This document shows positions 51,894-64,000 of a stretch of DNA of 64,000 bases, piece after piece. Both the position numbers and the translations under genes were made by a program. Origin of the DNA: Dimorphilus gyrociliatus (lineage: Eukaryota; Animalia; Annelida); assembly GCA_904063045.1 (NCBI GenBank), contig CAJFCJ010000019.1:682001-746000 (forward strand), written 5' to 3'. The number at the start of each line of letters is the position of its first letter. Positions within the stretch are counted from its first letter, which is position 1. The notes under the pieces are model-generated. The model saw only the letters and a list, made by a program, of their open reading frames with translations, did not search any database and was not told the DNA's origin.

Positions 51894-54813
51894 TCTGTAT
51901 ATATAAAAGTTGTCTAAGAAATTGAAAAGGCTGAAGAGATATATAAACCGTTTTTATAGCTATTGATTGGCAGGGTATTCGAAAGTGTGTAAATTATTTA
52001 GACAGAAGTATACGTTCCATTCTTTGTATAAAAGGAAAGATCAGGGCAATAAAAGATAGGTTTCACTCAGACTCAAGTAGTTTCCTTTTTTATATTTAAT
52101 TCTAAGTCTGTATTGCAAGTAGTTAAGTCGGATTATATATCTCTTTCTTTGCTGTAGTAATTTGTCGAGAAGACCCGTCAAGTATTTATTCAGTAGTATA
52201 TAATCGATATGAATAAGGAAGGTATATGCTAAAATATCTATCTATACTGTATATACAGTATATATATACATATGTATATATATATATTCTCATCCTACTT
52301 ATATAATTCGAAACGGAAGAGTTTGTCGGCCGTCTGTATCTAATTGAAAGATATATTTCTAACTCGTTTTTCTTCGCCTTTCTATTACCTGTAGAACGTT
52401 TTTCTTTTCCTATCTTTTTTACTGTTCTTTTTTTTTTTAAATTCTAAATTCCATTCTCAACGTGTTTTTTACATTACTAGTATTCACATTTTTCTACAAA
52501 GTATTGTTCCTTTTCTATTAACTCTGCTCCTATAGATTGAATAGCTTTTTCTTTGTATAACCTGACCGAATTAGGCTATCGTCGACTTTATTACCTTTAT
52601 CTCAACTCTAATCCACATTTATTTACAGTGTAGGCTAGCACTTAACCCATCATATCATCGGCCTATCGTTCAGATAAGGTGGAATCTTTAATTCCGTATA
52701 GGCGATAATAGGAGGTGTTTTGTAAATATTCCAACGTTCTTTTTAAAGGCGGGAAAAAAAACATTTATACCTAAATTGACTAAGTTTTTTAGGCCAAGTA
52801 GGGTAAGCAACGTGGGGGCTTTGCAACTAATTTCACATTTGGTTTTTGTTTACTATGCTCGTCTTATAGCTTATTTGATGTTTTGTGTTTGTGCTTGAAT
52901 GTTTTGATTGAAAGAGAATTGATTCCTAGCAACATTTTATATTTAGCTTATCATTAAGTATATTTATTGGTAATTTATTAACATATATACTTGTAATAAA
53001 CCACTCTAAAACGCTGTATTAGCATCTGAAAAAGTTATAAGTATAAGACAGATGGTCACGCCACCTGTTCGTTATTTTTGAAATCATAATGAACGGATCA
53101 TTTATCACCACTTGTCGTTAAATCGGTGAGACGAACTGGTTGAGAAAAGAACTTTTTAAAATATGTCGAAGCAAAAATAGAAAAAAAAAAGATTAAGGAG
53201 AGTTTATGAAAGCTCAAAAAGAAAGAGCCATAGGGGGATAAAAATGAGGAAATTCGGCTATCGAAGCCTTCGGCCCGCCTGTAAAAATACTTTGCATCGT
53301 ACTTTCAGTGGCGCTATCTATAAGCAAACCTTATCGGAAAAAGTATGTGTGAATGTTAATGAAAGACAAACACTGACTATAAATCATCTTTCTTTTCTGC
53401 CTTTCACACTCTACTTTTTACTTTTACTTTATCCTTTCGAAGGCGTGTACTTTCCGTGTAAGACGTTAAAATGTTTCCCTCTGATCTGTTTTGTTTAACC
53501 ACGCCTTCCTGTGAATGCTTATTGTGCCAAGTGGCTTACAGTCAGGAAGCTGCAACGTTGCCGAATTCTTTTTTTGAATAAACTAGTGCCTAGAAAGGCG
53601 GCGTTGTTGGCTATACTCTGTAATCTTATCCTGATTTATTTTAAAGACTTTACCTATTTTCTTCAAAGAATGTATGTATCGCTTTCTTTATGGTGCATCG
53701 ATTTATATATAAATCTTTGTGTAGATAAATATGTATATACTATATCTTAAATAATGGTCAATCAATCATCTATAAAAAGAAACATAGACAATATATATAT
53801 ATATATATATATTATTTTTATATCTCGTATTTGTTTGTATAAAAATAGACGTTATGAAAAATAATCATATCACCTATTTATCTTTCTTTTTCTTTTTCAA
53901 AATTTAGCTTGAAAAATAATTCTCCAAAGAAGAAGAACTTGCGGATGAGTGCATTCATTTAAGAAAAAAACTTTTTCTTCAAAAGAAAACTTACATTCGT
54001 TCGAGAATCAAACTTTTTTTTTTTTATTCGAAAATAAAAGAAAACAGGAAACATTTATTAAAAGATTTTATTATTTAAGAAGAAGAAGTTATAAAACTAA
54101 CAAGTCAAAACGGAGAGCTTTAATCAAAGGTAAGGAAAAACAGAAACGCATACTTTTTTTTCTTAGTATTAGGTAAATTGACCTTAGACGTATACGCTGG
54201 AATTTTTAGTTAAAACAATCGTATTTATCAAAACGTGTTATAGCCTACCTTAGTAACTGAGTAGTATTGAAAAGGCTTTAGGTATATAGTGTACTTGGTG
54301 GATAAATTTTAAGTAGATATATATATATATATATATACATGTATTTATATATGTATATATACATGTATATATATAAACTGTACCCTATATAATAATCCCA
54401 TAAATAAGCTCCTAATTGATATAATATGTACGTGTATATCCATATAAGTATCTACGTATGAACGTTTTAATATTAGTCAAATTTTACTCATAATCATTTT
54501 TTTTTAATTATTCATTTTTCATTCGTCATTGGAATAAACAGACAACACTGGTTCGCCGGTCCGCGAAAGGGCGACCATAACAGGTTCGATTCACCCGCTG
54601 ATTTTCGAGGTAACTTTTTATTAATTTTATAAGAATATAACGGTTTTTTTGTAATATAAAGTTTAACAAATTGATATTTTCATCCTTTATTTAATTTTTA
54701 TATTTTTGGTTGTTTTGCTTTTCTTATTATCGGAAATTTCAGTATGCCCTGCTTTAGTCAGTTCGAACGCATTAGGAAGAGAGGCTGAACGAGTTCTATT
54801 AGCCGATGATAAT

Positions 54814-57800
54814 ATGTCCTATAGTTCGGATACTGACTCTCAGCCAGGAAGTTACACTAGTAGGAGTCAATCTGATATACGACAAGCCAACGTATGGTCG
54901 CCCACCGGTAGGATAAGATTTAAGCAGATAGAAAATATATTTATTTCAGTCACTTAAAATTCGGCTTAACATAAATAACACTACTACTTTTTTCCGAGTG
55001 CACATTTTTTTTTTCTTAGTGTTTTTTTTTTAAAAAAAAAACATTGTCTTTTTTTTTAATTCATTGTATCAAATTCTTTTACTTTTTATTGAGATTAATC
55101 ATTTTTTTTTATAACAAGACTTTTTTATTTTTGCAATATCAACCTTTTAAGCTTAGCAACATATGTGTACTTAGGATTATGATATTTTGAATAACCCTAA
55201 AAAAAAATAACCTATTTTTTTCAATATTATGATGAAGATTATCTAGCCTTTTTTTTTGTCTTTGATTAACTTTAGTACATAAAAGTTGTCTTGTAAATAT
55301 TTCTCTTCTTAAACTTTTGAAGAAAAGAGGGTATTATAATTTTTTTTTTAAGCAGAAGATAACACTCACATTACGTCATTCACATTACATTACTAGTATA
55401 AATCTGTCTGAAACGGATATGTTTTAGCCAAAGCCATTCCGCAATAATTTTTTACATCGGCCTGTATAAATAGCTAAATATTTATCATTCTTGGAGATCT
55501 TGTTTGTTATAGGCCTATAATAAATATTTGTCATTTTTTAAAAGTGTTGTATTAAACGGTTTGGGTCTCGTATGAGGGGGAATATATATATATATATATA
55601 AACATATAGTCAGATAGATAAATATCTTTAGCTATAGTATTAAATTTATTAATTCCTTCTTTATCTTTATATCTTGGGTCTAATTATTTGATGAGTATTT
55701 AAGTTTAGTGTAAATTTCATCATGATATTATTGAGGTCAAGAAAAAGAATTAATTGATTAGATTGGTTATGCAATTTCTTTTTTTTTATCGGCCTTGAAG
55801 GCAACTGAATAAATAAATTGAATTTTTTTAAACACATGGTACAAACGAATTAAAAGAGTAAAAGATTAAGAGAATGCAGCGACTTATAAGTTATTCAATA
55901 TTTACAGATAGTTTACTTAATCTAGCTAAATTTTAAAATTAATACGGATCAATATGGATGGATGAACTACAAATTAAGCTCGTCTGCATCAGATATAGAT
56001 TGATTGAATGTAGTCAAATTCGACCCTTAAATTATACCAGATTTCGTTGAAATTGCAGACTTAAAATTATCATAATCTCTTTACAGATAGATGTAGAGTA
56101 TTTGTGGTCTGTTTCGTTCTTATACAACTTGATTAGGTCTTGCAAGCTGGTACTTAAAATAAATATTGTTAGTGGTCTTCATAAGCAATATTTATTCTCT
56201 AGATACAATTTCTCTATTAATATTAGTAGAACAAATATTGAAATTCTTGTAATTGTTGACTAATTAATGTTTTGATTGTTTTCAGGACAACAAACACATA
56301 TTAAGGGTTATAAACCAGTTAACTTCAATCCAGATTCTTACAACGATATGGAAGGAAGTAAGTCAATAGTTTATTGTAACTTGTTAAATCAGTGTTATAG
56401 TAGTAAAAAAAAGAAAAAATCGATTAGATATAGATATATTGTAAAATCAAATCTTTAGTAATAGACCTTTAATAATCGTGAGAAAAACAAAAAGTGGCGA
56501 TGCTTTCCTTTAAAAAAAAAAGAAAAAAAAATGAGTCCGTTATTTTGTGGCTAGTATTTTTAAGGGTTGTATCGAAATTAAAACAGACCAGTTTTCGTCA
56601 CCAATCATGTCACCATCGCCATCGTCAATGGCATCACCGGTGGCTTTTCCTACAACGGCTTTGCATATTGATACATCCACTCCTCCGCGAGTTACTTCTC
56701 CGGTTCTTTCACCAGCTCAAAGAAAATCCTTACTAGCTGGAGCATCACCTGGTGAAAGAATACCATTCTCAGTGCTTCAGCCTAATACAAAATTTAAGAA
56801 TCCAGTCTCTCCTTTGGTCGATTCATCTTGGAGCGGACCTAAATCACCTAGACTTCAACGTGATGGACCCGGTTTTATTGAAACACTCCAAAAATCGGGA
56901 AAACCCGAAACGCCATACTTTCATAGACCAAGATCTGAAGAACAAAATCAACAATTAAATACGAATATATCACAACCATACAGAGAAATAGACAATCGGG
57001 CTCCCAACCCATTTAGCTCTCCTCTGACTTCCCAACAATCTCCCTCCTACAATTATAAAATGGGTAATTCAGTGACTGATCGGCCTTTAAAACAAAATCA
57101 TGAAAAATTCATAAGAAAACCCGAACCCCAACCTCAGACATCGGTAAGATCGAATTCTTCGCACGAAAGACCAAAAGTGTTTGAAGCGAAACCTTTTAGT
57201 AAAGAATTTTTTAATAGAATTGGCTCTAATTGTGTAAACGAAAGACCTTTAACACCAACAATGCCTTCTAATAAGCCTAGTTATGTTGTTCAACAAAAGC
57301 GACCGTTAACGCCAACTCTTAATTCGGACGGCGAATTGAAAATTAAGTACAATCATAGAGCTGGTGGTATAGAAGTTCAAGAAAGAGGCAAAGCACCAAA
57401 GAATTACGGAAATTACGTGAAATCTATGACTAGGTCTCAAGAAGAAGAAGAAGCAGAAGAAGAAGAAAAGCGTCATGTAAGGTTTTCTGATGAAGATAGG
57501 AAAAAGATAAGTGATAAAGCTAGAAATGCTGCTTTTGAAAAAACGGGTTGGGTGAAACAATTAAGTCCAAGCGGTAAACCGTGTTGGAAGTTGGAACGAG
57601 ATCTGGAAAACCAATCATCCTATTTACAAGACGATACAATAAGTCAAACGTTGGGTACGATCAGAAAGAAAACAGCTCAAGTAAAGGAGGATTCGCACAA
57701 GAACGATTATATATTTAGAACTATAGAGAAAAATACGAGAAAGCACGAAGAACGTTTGGGGCAGAGATACAACGAGGAAGAGTTTATACCTAACATGGAT

Positions 57801-60800
57801 AGACCTGGAAAAATAAGTTCACCCTTCCTGGAAAGTGGCTACTCTCCAACGTCTTACAGAAATTTTAATGCAGGAAAGAAGTTACGAGTACCTTCTCCAT
57901 TAAGTTTCCAGAGTATTGCTAATAGGCCAACGTCACCGGCAGACAGTGTTACGTCCGAACCAGCACTCGATAGCGTAAACAATCCTACACGGATAAGTTT
58001 TCCTCGTAAAGGTCAAAACAAAGCGATTTCGAATCATAAATCATCTGTTCCTTGGGGTGAATTTTACTCAAAATATCAGCAAAAGGAATCAAATAGGGAG
58101 GAGGCTGGTTTAAGCAGGTTAATATCACCATCATTCAGGAAAGGCAATCATTTTGCTGATAGACAAGACAGAGACAGCCGCTCTCAAACACCAGTCATTG
58201 ATATAAAACCCTTAACAATCGGATCAAGATCTAGAACGGCGACACCGTCGCCCACCGCCACTCCGATCGCCAGCTCTGATATACCAAAACCATCAGATCT
58301 TATCGATGCTATAAATAGCTTAACCTCCGAATGGAATCGTTGTTCAAGATATGCTGAGCACGATTCGAAAGTAACTAGTAAATACATGCTAGATTCGCCG
58401 TTATCGAGGTCGGGTAGGAAGGAAAAAAGTAGAAAGTTAACTATCCCAGGCCAGAGCTCGTTTGATAAGGTCATAAAAGGTGAGGCAAGGGTTTACCCCC
58501 TTACCTTCTTCCCTACCGACTTTGCTGTATATCTTACTTGCTTGATACTTGAGACTTTTCAGATGAAAATTTTTACTATTTAGATGAGCATGAGCGCATG
58601 ATAAAAAAAACTTGAACTGCATACAATATCACAATACTACCTCGAATAACAGACGCGTATGTTTAAGTGTGTTCTTGCTGTGAATTTACAATAGTTTTTG
58701 CTATCACTAAAATCTGCTGTTATTCAACAGGTACTGAAAACCAATTCACTAAAAGGGATACGCTTGATAAAAGTAAGACTGTTATTTTTTTTTTATCTCT
58801 TTGTTAATACTAAACGGGATTTCAACTGTCATATATGATTTATTTTTGGGCGGGAAAGATTTCTTTTAAAAAGAGTATAGACCTCAAAAAGAAAAATTTT
58901 AACGAATTAATGTTATTGTATGTTAATATATCTATCTATCTAGTTATCTATATAACTTTATATATATATATATATCTACATATAGTATAGTTTATATAAC
59001 GAGTGAAATATGCGATATATACAAGAAGGAATAGTATAAGAATGACTAACGTTTTAAGGGTAGCAACTAGTTCATCCAGTAGGTGACGTTGTAAATAGTT
59101 CTTGAAAATTAATGCTCCCTTCATTAGCTGCTTCTGTATTGAAGACTACAGTTATAAAACTACGCAAATTTTTAATTGCCCTGGGCCCTTTGAATAAGCT
59201 CAATAGAAATCATGTGATGTTTCCATACCCAGTATGATGAAGAAACTCAATATTAAATTTCCCGCAGGCAATATGAATATTCATTCAGCTCCATCATCAC
59301 CCGCCAAGTACAAGGATGTTAACTCATCATTTAAACAATTCCGTAAAACGGAGGAGCCGTCGAAACAACGTCTCAAACTAACTCACTTGCAATCAACAAC
59401 TCCAGAAATAGAACGACCGTCCAGTCCTGCAGTTTCCGCATCTGTTAGTAACTTATTTATATTTTTGACTTTTTTATTAGATATTTCCATCAGTATACAA
59501 GCGTAATTTTTAACTTTCTTTCTAACGCACTTAAAAATATAGGTATCAAAGAAAGAAACTCCGGTAGTAGAACGGGAAAAGAATGATAAAGTACGGTTTA
59601 ATTTTGGAAACGATTTCACCCGCTCTAACACATTACCGAAAACACAAAATCCAACAATAACACTTTTGCAAAAACGTAGAGGTAAGTTCGAATTAACATC
59701 TCATTATATTATTAATCAAATCTACGTATATATCCATCCAACCTAGTAAAACGCTATAAGATATAAGATATCAATAAAATTCTTATTGTAGAGTATTTTT
59801 AAAGTATATACATTCCTGTATAATACAGTATAAAATAAAAGTTTTAATTTAAGAAATCATTATATTATTTAACTCTTTATAATAAAAATAATAAATAAAT
59901 AAAAGACGAAAACGACCTGGATATTCCCTTCGGCGTGAAATTATTACAAGTATCCGGTGAGATTATTAAAAGTTGTACAGTGTTTTTTAATTTTTACTTT
60001 TTTAATTTTCTACTTTCTTTATAAATTTATTAGAATATAGAAAATATTTTAATTTTTCTTATATTCTTCATTAAATAAACTATATAATAAGAAAGAAAGA
60101 GAAAAATTTAACTAATATCTTTATTGCTGTTGTTATTATTGCTGTATATTTAAAATATTTTTCAATTATTTTTGCTTTTCTTGTGTTTAAAATTCATTTT
60201 ATTTTCATTTTTATTAGAATATAATATATGAACAAGTATTAATTGTAGACTGTGTATACGCTATACAATTTATAGTCTCTGTAAATGAGGCTATAAGAGA
60301 GTATGTTTTTTTTCTTTTTTTTTTTTGTGTGTTGTCTATTTCTATGTCATTTTCTTTCTACTATTAATAATACATAAATATATATATATTAGTATATATA
60401 TATTTATTATATATATCTTTTCATTAATTATATTTGATTCTTTCAAACAGAGAGTCAAATTCCTCAAGGAGCTCAATATCTTGGTGAAAGGGAAACTTTA
60501 GACGGTGACAAAAAGGTTATTGACTCGTTTCACGTAGTACCTGGTTCAGATTTATCAAAGACTGATGAATTCAAGGTGAAAAATGACCTTAAGAGTCTTA
60601 GATCTCCTAAATCCGAATCGTTTGACGAAGAGTTTTTTGAGAAACGATCCAAGAACTTATCGAACGGTCATAGTTCTAGTCCAAAACGACCGCCTTGGGA
60701 AAATGACGATTTACCTCGTACAACTTGGGCTGTAGACACCCGGGAAATTAAGTATATTGGACAAAAACCGCTTGATGAAAGTGGCTTACCGTTCACCCTA

Positions 60801-63800
60801 AGATCTGTAAGTATAGAAAGATTATACTACGATTGTGCAAGGTTGTTATAAATGTTTATATTCTTATAGTCGGTCGATGAAAAGGAGCACAAAAATTGGT
60901 ATAAAGAAGTATATAAATCACTGCATAAAAAGGAGCCAAAGGAAGGTTAGTAATAACAATTTTATTCTTCTCAGACTCTCTGGTTAAATAGACGATTAAC
61001 GCCATCTGTTCGAACTAAGCATTAAATTGTATTCTTCTATCAGTATACTTGTTCAAGCATAAACCTGACAGGTTTATGTATTCTATTTATTTTATTATTA
61101 TATTTTTTTACTTTTTTTACTGTTTTTTATTTGTTGACGTTAGTTCTTATAAATGAAACAGAACTAGGCAACACTGAAGAGACTGATGAAAAAGATGATT
61201 TTTTCAATAATGAAAGGGATAATAATAGTTTAAGCAACTCCTTTCCAAAAGATAATCATAGCGTTGACGACGATTCTGAAAGTGCTAAAGGTTCCTATAA
61301 CATTTGTAATTTTACTGCCGAAAACGCACAAATATCAAGCACCAAAAAAAAAAAAAAGCAAACAAAACGATTTAATAGCGAAATCAATTTAAAAATAAAC
61401 AAACTTGAAAAATGAGGCTTTTCTAATTATCAAATTGTGTTGATTAATTCGATTTTTGGTTTATGTATTTTGTTACAAAAAAAAAAAAAAGATCATTCCT
61501 CTTTCTACTCTAATTATCGCTTTTTTTTCTTTTTTTTGTCTTTATTTATTTTACTTCTCTTTTCTTTTTGCTTTTTAATTAGATAGAGAATATTTTTGTT
61601 GTTTTTCTTTTATTAAATATAGGTTATGGGATAAGGGAATTGGAGAATCTTTTTAAATTACTAGTTTGACTTTAGTTTTTTGTATTTTAGATAAGCTTTT
61701 ATGTTTTTTTGATTAATAATGGTTTTTTTTTTAGTTTGTAAGGTGAAGGGAAACAGAAAAGATGTAGAGAGATAGATAGTTTTGATTAATATTATTGTTT
61801 TTATTGTTTATTTTATACATAACTTAATATCTTTCCTTATCCTTTTGTCATTTATGACTATTTTCTTTTTATTTGTTTTTTTTTGCATGGGAATTTGTTT
61901 TTTCTTTTCAGAATTGAACACCTATAAACCTACTTATAAATTCTCAGATTTTGACGAGTCAATTTCAGGTATAAGACAATCAATTCTCTCTCCCTCTCTC
62001 TCTCCTATCTTCATTATCGTTTTCACGACTTTTTAATGTAACAATGTAATTTATTGCACGTTTAAAATAGTTGTAATGGAAACTATCGTTTACACTCGAT
62101 TTTTATATATAAAAATCGTAAAATCAATAATAAAGAGGAGGAAATAAGTTAAAAATGACCAGAATATTAAAGTTTAATATTGTAAATAGGACAAATAAAG
62201 TATGGCTGTCGTCAATTCTATGTTTTCAACGTTATATTAATGAAAGAAAAGTAAAGAATAACGTCTCTTAACGTCGCTATTCAATATTAATAATATTATT
62301 AATAATAATAATTAAAACAGAATCAAAGAACGACGATGTCTTCTCTTCATTTTCTACAGATAAAATGCTAAGGAAGAGTAAAACTCCTAAGTCAAAGTAA
62401 GTAGACTATTTATACTTTATATAAATATGTATAGTCTATTTTTATAAATTAAAAAATGTAAATGTAATCAGATATTGTTGATACTGTTTTTAAACTGCTA
62501 TTATTGAACGTATTTTTAAGAATTCTTTCGAAAAACTTTAACACGTGCACACATGTGCAATAAACAAATAGATCAACCCTACCTACTTTTTTTTTTCATT
62601 CTAGAAATAAGCCATGTTATGTTTTATAACTTGCATTTTTGTAAATACTTTTTCAAGTGTTGAGTGAGGCTTATAATGTCTATTTTTAATAATAATTCAA
62701 CAAATTTCTAATACTAATCCTTTATTTAATCCTTAAGACCACGTCCCTAACGGTAATTTCTTTTCTACCCTATATATAATTAGTGGAATTGGGGCGAATC
62801 ATTTTCTTCTTTAAGTATAGTTAAGCTATTTTTTTTCCTTCCCTTCTGATTCTTTACGATCGTTTTGGTCAGCTGGAATAATTTTTTTTTTTTTTTGCAT
62901 TTTGTACCACCTAGCTTTTTTCCATGCGTCTATATCAATCACTGTTTTAGAATCTGGTAGTTTTATAGGTCGGAATTTGCGGTTGTTTTCATGAAAGAAA
63001 CTTTACATAGGCCTAATCGTCGAATATACAGTAGATACTTCCGCCGTATAGAATAGAATTCGTCAATTAAACATGACTTTTATCTAGTAAAGAGAGCTGT
63101 CAACAAACTTTTTTATGTTATTTATTAAGCTTAAATTCTTTTCTTTTCGTTTCAATATTTTTTTCTATCGTTTTATTCTTTTTTTTATCTTTTTCTATTG
63201 TGTTACCTAAAAGAAGATACGTGATAGCAAAACAAGTTAAGGTTATTGTATTGTATATCGCTCAAGTATTGTAATTATTCGGGAAAGACGATGCTAGCTG
63301 TTTAAATTACATCAAACGTTCATATCTAGGCAATTGACTGGCTAAGCAAGTGTTTACTATATAAACATGCCGCAATACTTTTTTGTTGAAACGTATTATT
63401 ATTACTGCAGTATTCTAGTTTGCTAGGTCGTGATGTTTTTAGGGGCTAGTCCGCACTAAAGTCTGAGAAATTACTGTTCATTTTGACTTGCGGCTTTGCA
63501 TCGCGCAGTTGCTGCAAATTTCGGCCTAATTTTGTTTTTTTCTGATCTTGATTTCACTTACTTTTGGATAAATTTATGTATAAAGGCAGACTTTTAGTGA
63601 GCAATATTATCTCTAGCTTATTATAAACCGACCACCCAGCTATCAGCATACGCGGATTATGGCGCACAAAACTACGAAAACTTTCTCATTCTATGCTTAA
63701 CAGAAGCCTCATATATACGACGGATTAACTCTTTTTCTCTCAGGGATATTTAATGAATAGTTGTAGTTGTAATAATAAATAAAAGGCGACTTAACAAAAA

Positions 63801-64000
63801 AGAAAAAAAAAAAATCATGTTATTGATAAACAAGAAAGATCTAGTCGAGCAGTTTATTCCAGTTGTAAAATCGCTCAAGGATTTTCAATTTAGAAGACGT
63901 TCGCATTCTCATGAACACGAACGCAAGCAGACTTATAAAGGATATACGAAAAATTTTGATTCATCCTGTTCTCTCTTGAACGACGTCGATGATTTCTATA
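54814..64000 (+). CDS. Sorbin-homology (SoHo) adaptor, SORBS/CAP/vinexin family, 5' part. The SH3 region is expected beyond the window. Start and end are uncertain.
   Basis: Phase-compatible exons 54814-54907, 56286-56357, 56587-58479, 58731-58772, 59268-59443, 59543-59681, 60451-60806, 60870-60945; possible further exons 61144-~61290, 61912-61968, 62321-62396. SoHo motif KYIGQKPLDESGLPFTLRS|SVDEKEHKNWYKEVYKSLHK. Confidence 0.72.

Noticed and set aside
53438-53508. 9-bp inverted repeat GAAGGCGTG/CACGCCTTC
   Set aside because: The interior does not pair. Compatible with chance.
54545-54600. GC-rich hairpin with a GAAA loop and a tRNA B-box-like GGTTCGATTC (54583-54592)
   Set aside because: No T-stem, acceptor stem or A box, and no hammerhead CUGAnGA core. 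The segment is bounded by AG/GT and is better explained as an exon.
58562-58657. Possible SORBS exon (DEHERMIKK...) interrupted at an 8-A run
   Set aside because: The frame stops unless a homopolymer base is added, and the flanking exons join in phase without it.
1-64000. CRISPR arrays, rRNA, tRNA, prokaryotic operons or terminators
   Set aside because: None seen. The DNA is spliceosomal-intron-rich animal sequence.

Overview
AT-rich, very gene-dense eukaryotic (animal) genomic DNA. Most introns are GT-AG and about 55-100 nt, and intergenic gaps are often 40-300 nt. This pattern suggests a compact invertebrate genome, possibly lophotrochozoan (inference, not verified). Conserved genes: MTIF2 (3' end), kinesin-14 (KIFC3-like), class IA PI3K p110, MRPL49, CCHCR1, AP5B1, MPHOSPH10, PSMD12, BTBD3/6, PTGR2, RPAP1, and the 5' part of a SoHo-domain SORBS/CAP gene running off the window. 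Less usual genes lie between them: an intact ~707-aa DPP3 (M49) homologue that has lost all zinc ligands and the catalytic Glu; a type-II membrane beta-propeller protein resembling GT91/GH130 mannosyltransferases; a tandem pair of intronless TACI/BCMA/Grindelwald-like TNF-receptor genes; a Tyr-motif receptor nested antisense in a CCHCR1 intron; a GPI-type CD157/CD38-like ADP-ribosyl cyclase; a CUB-MAM-MAM-LDLa receptor with PPxY motifs; and a double-CAP secreted protein with a furin site. One full-length DD34E Tc1 transposon has an IR/DR end architecture. Exon structures were assembled by hand from splice signals and frame continuity, and family calls come from recalled motifs, not database searches. 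No tRNA, rRNA or CRISPR array is supported.
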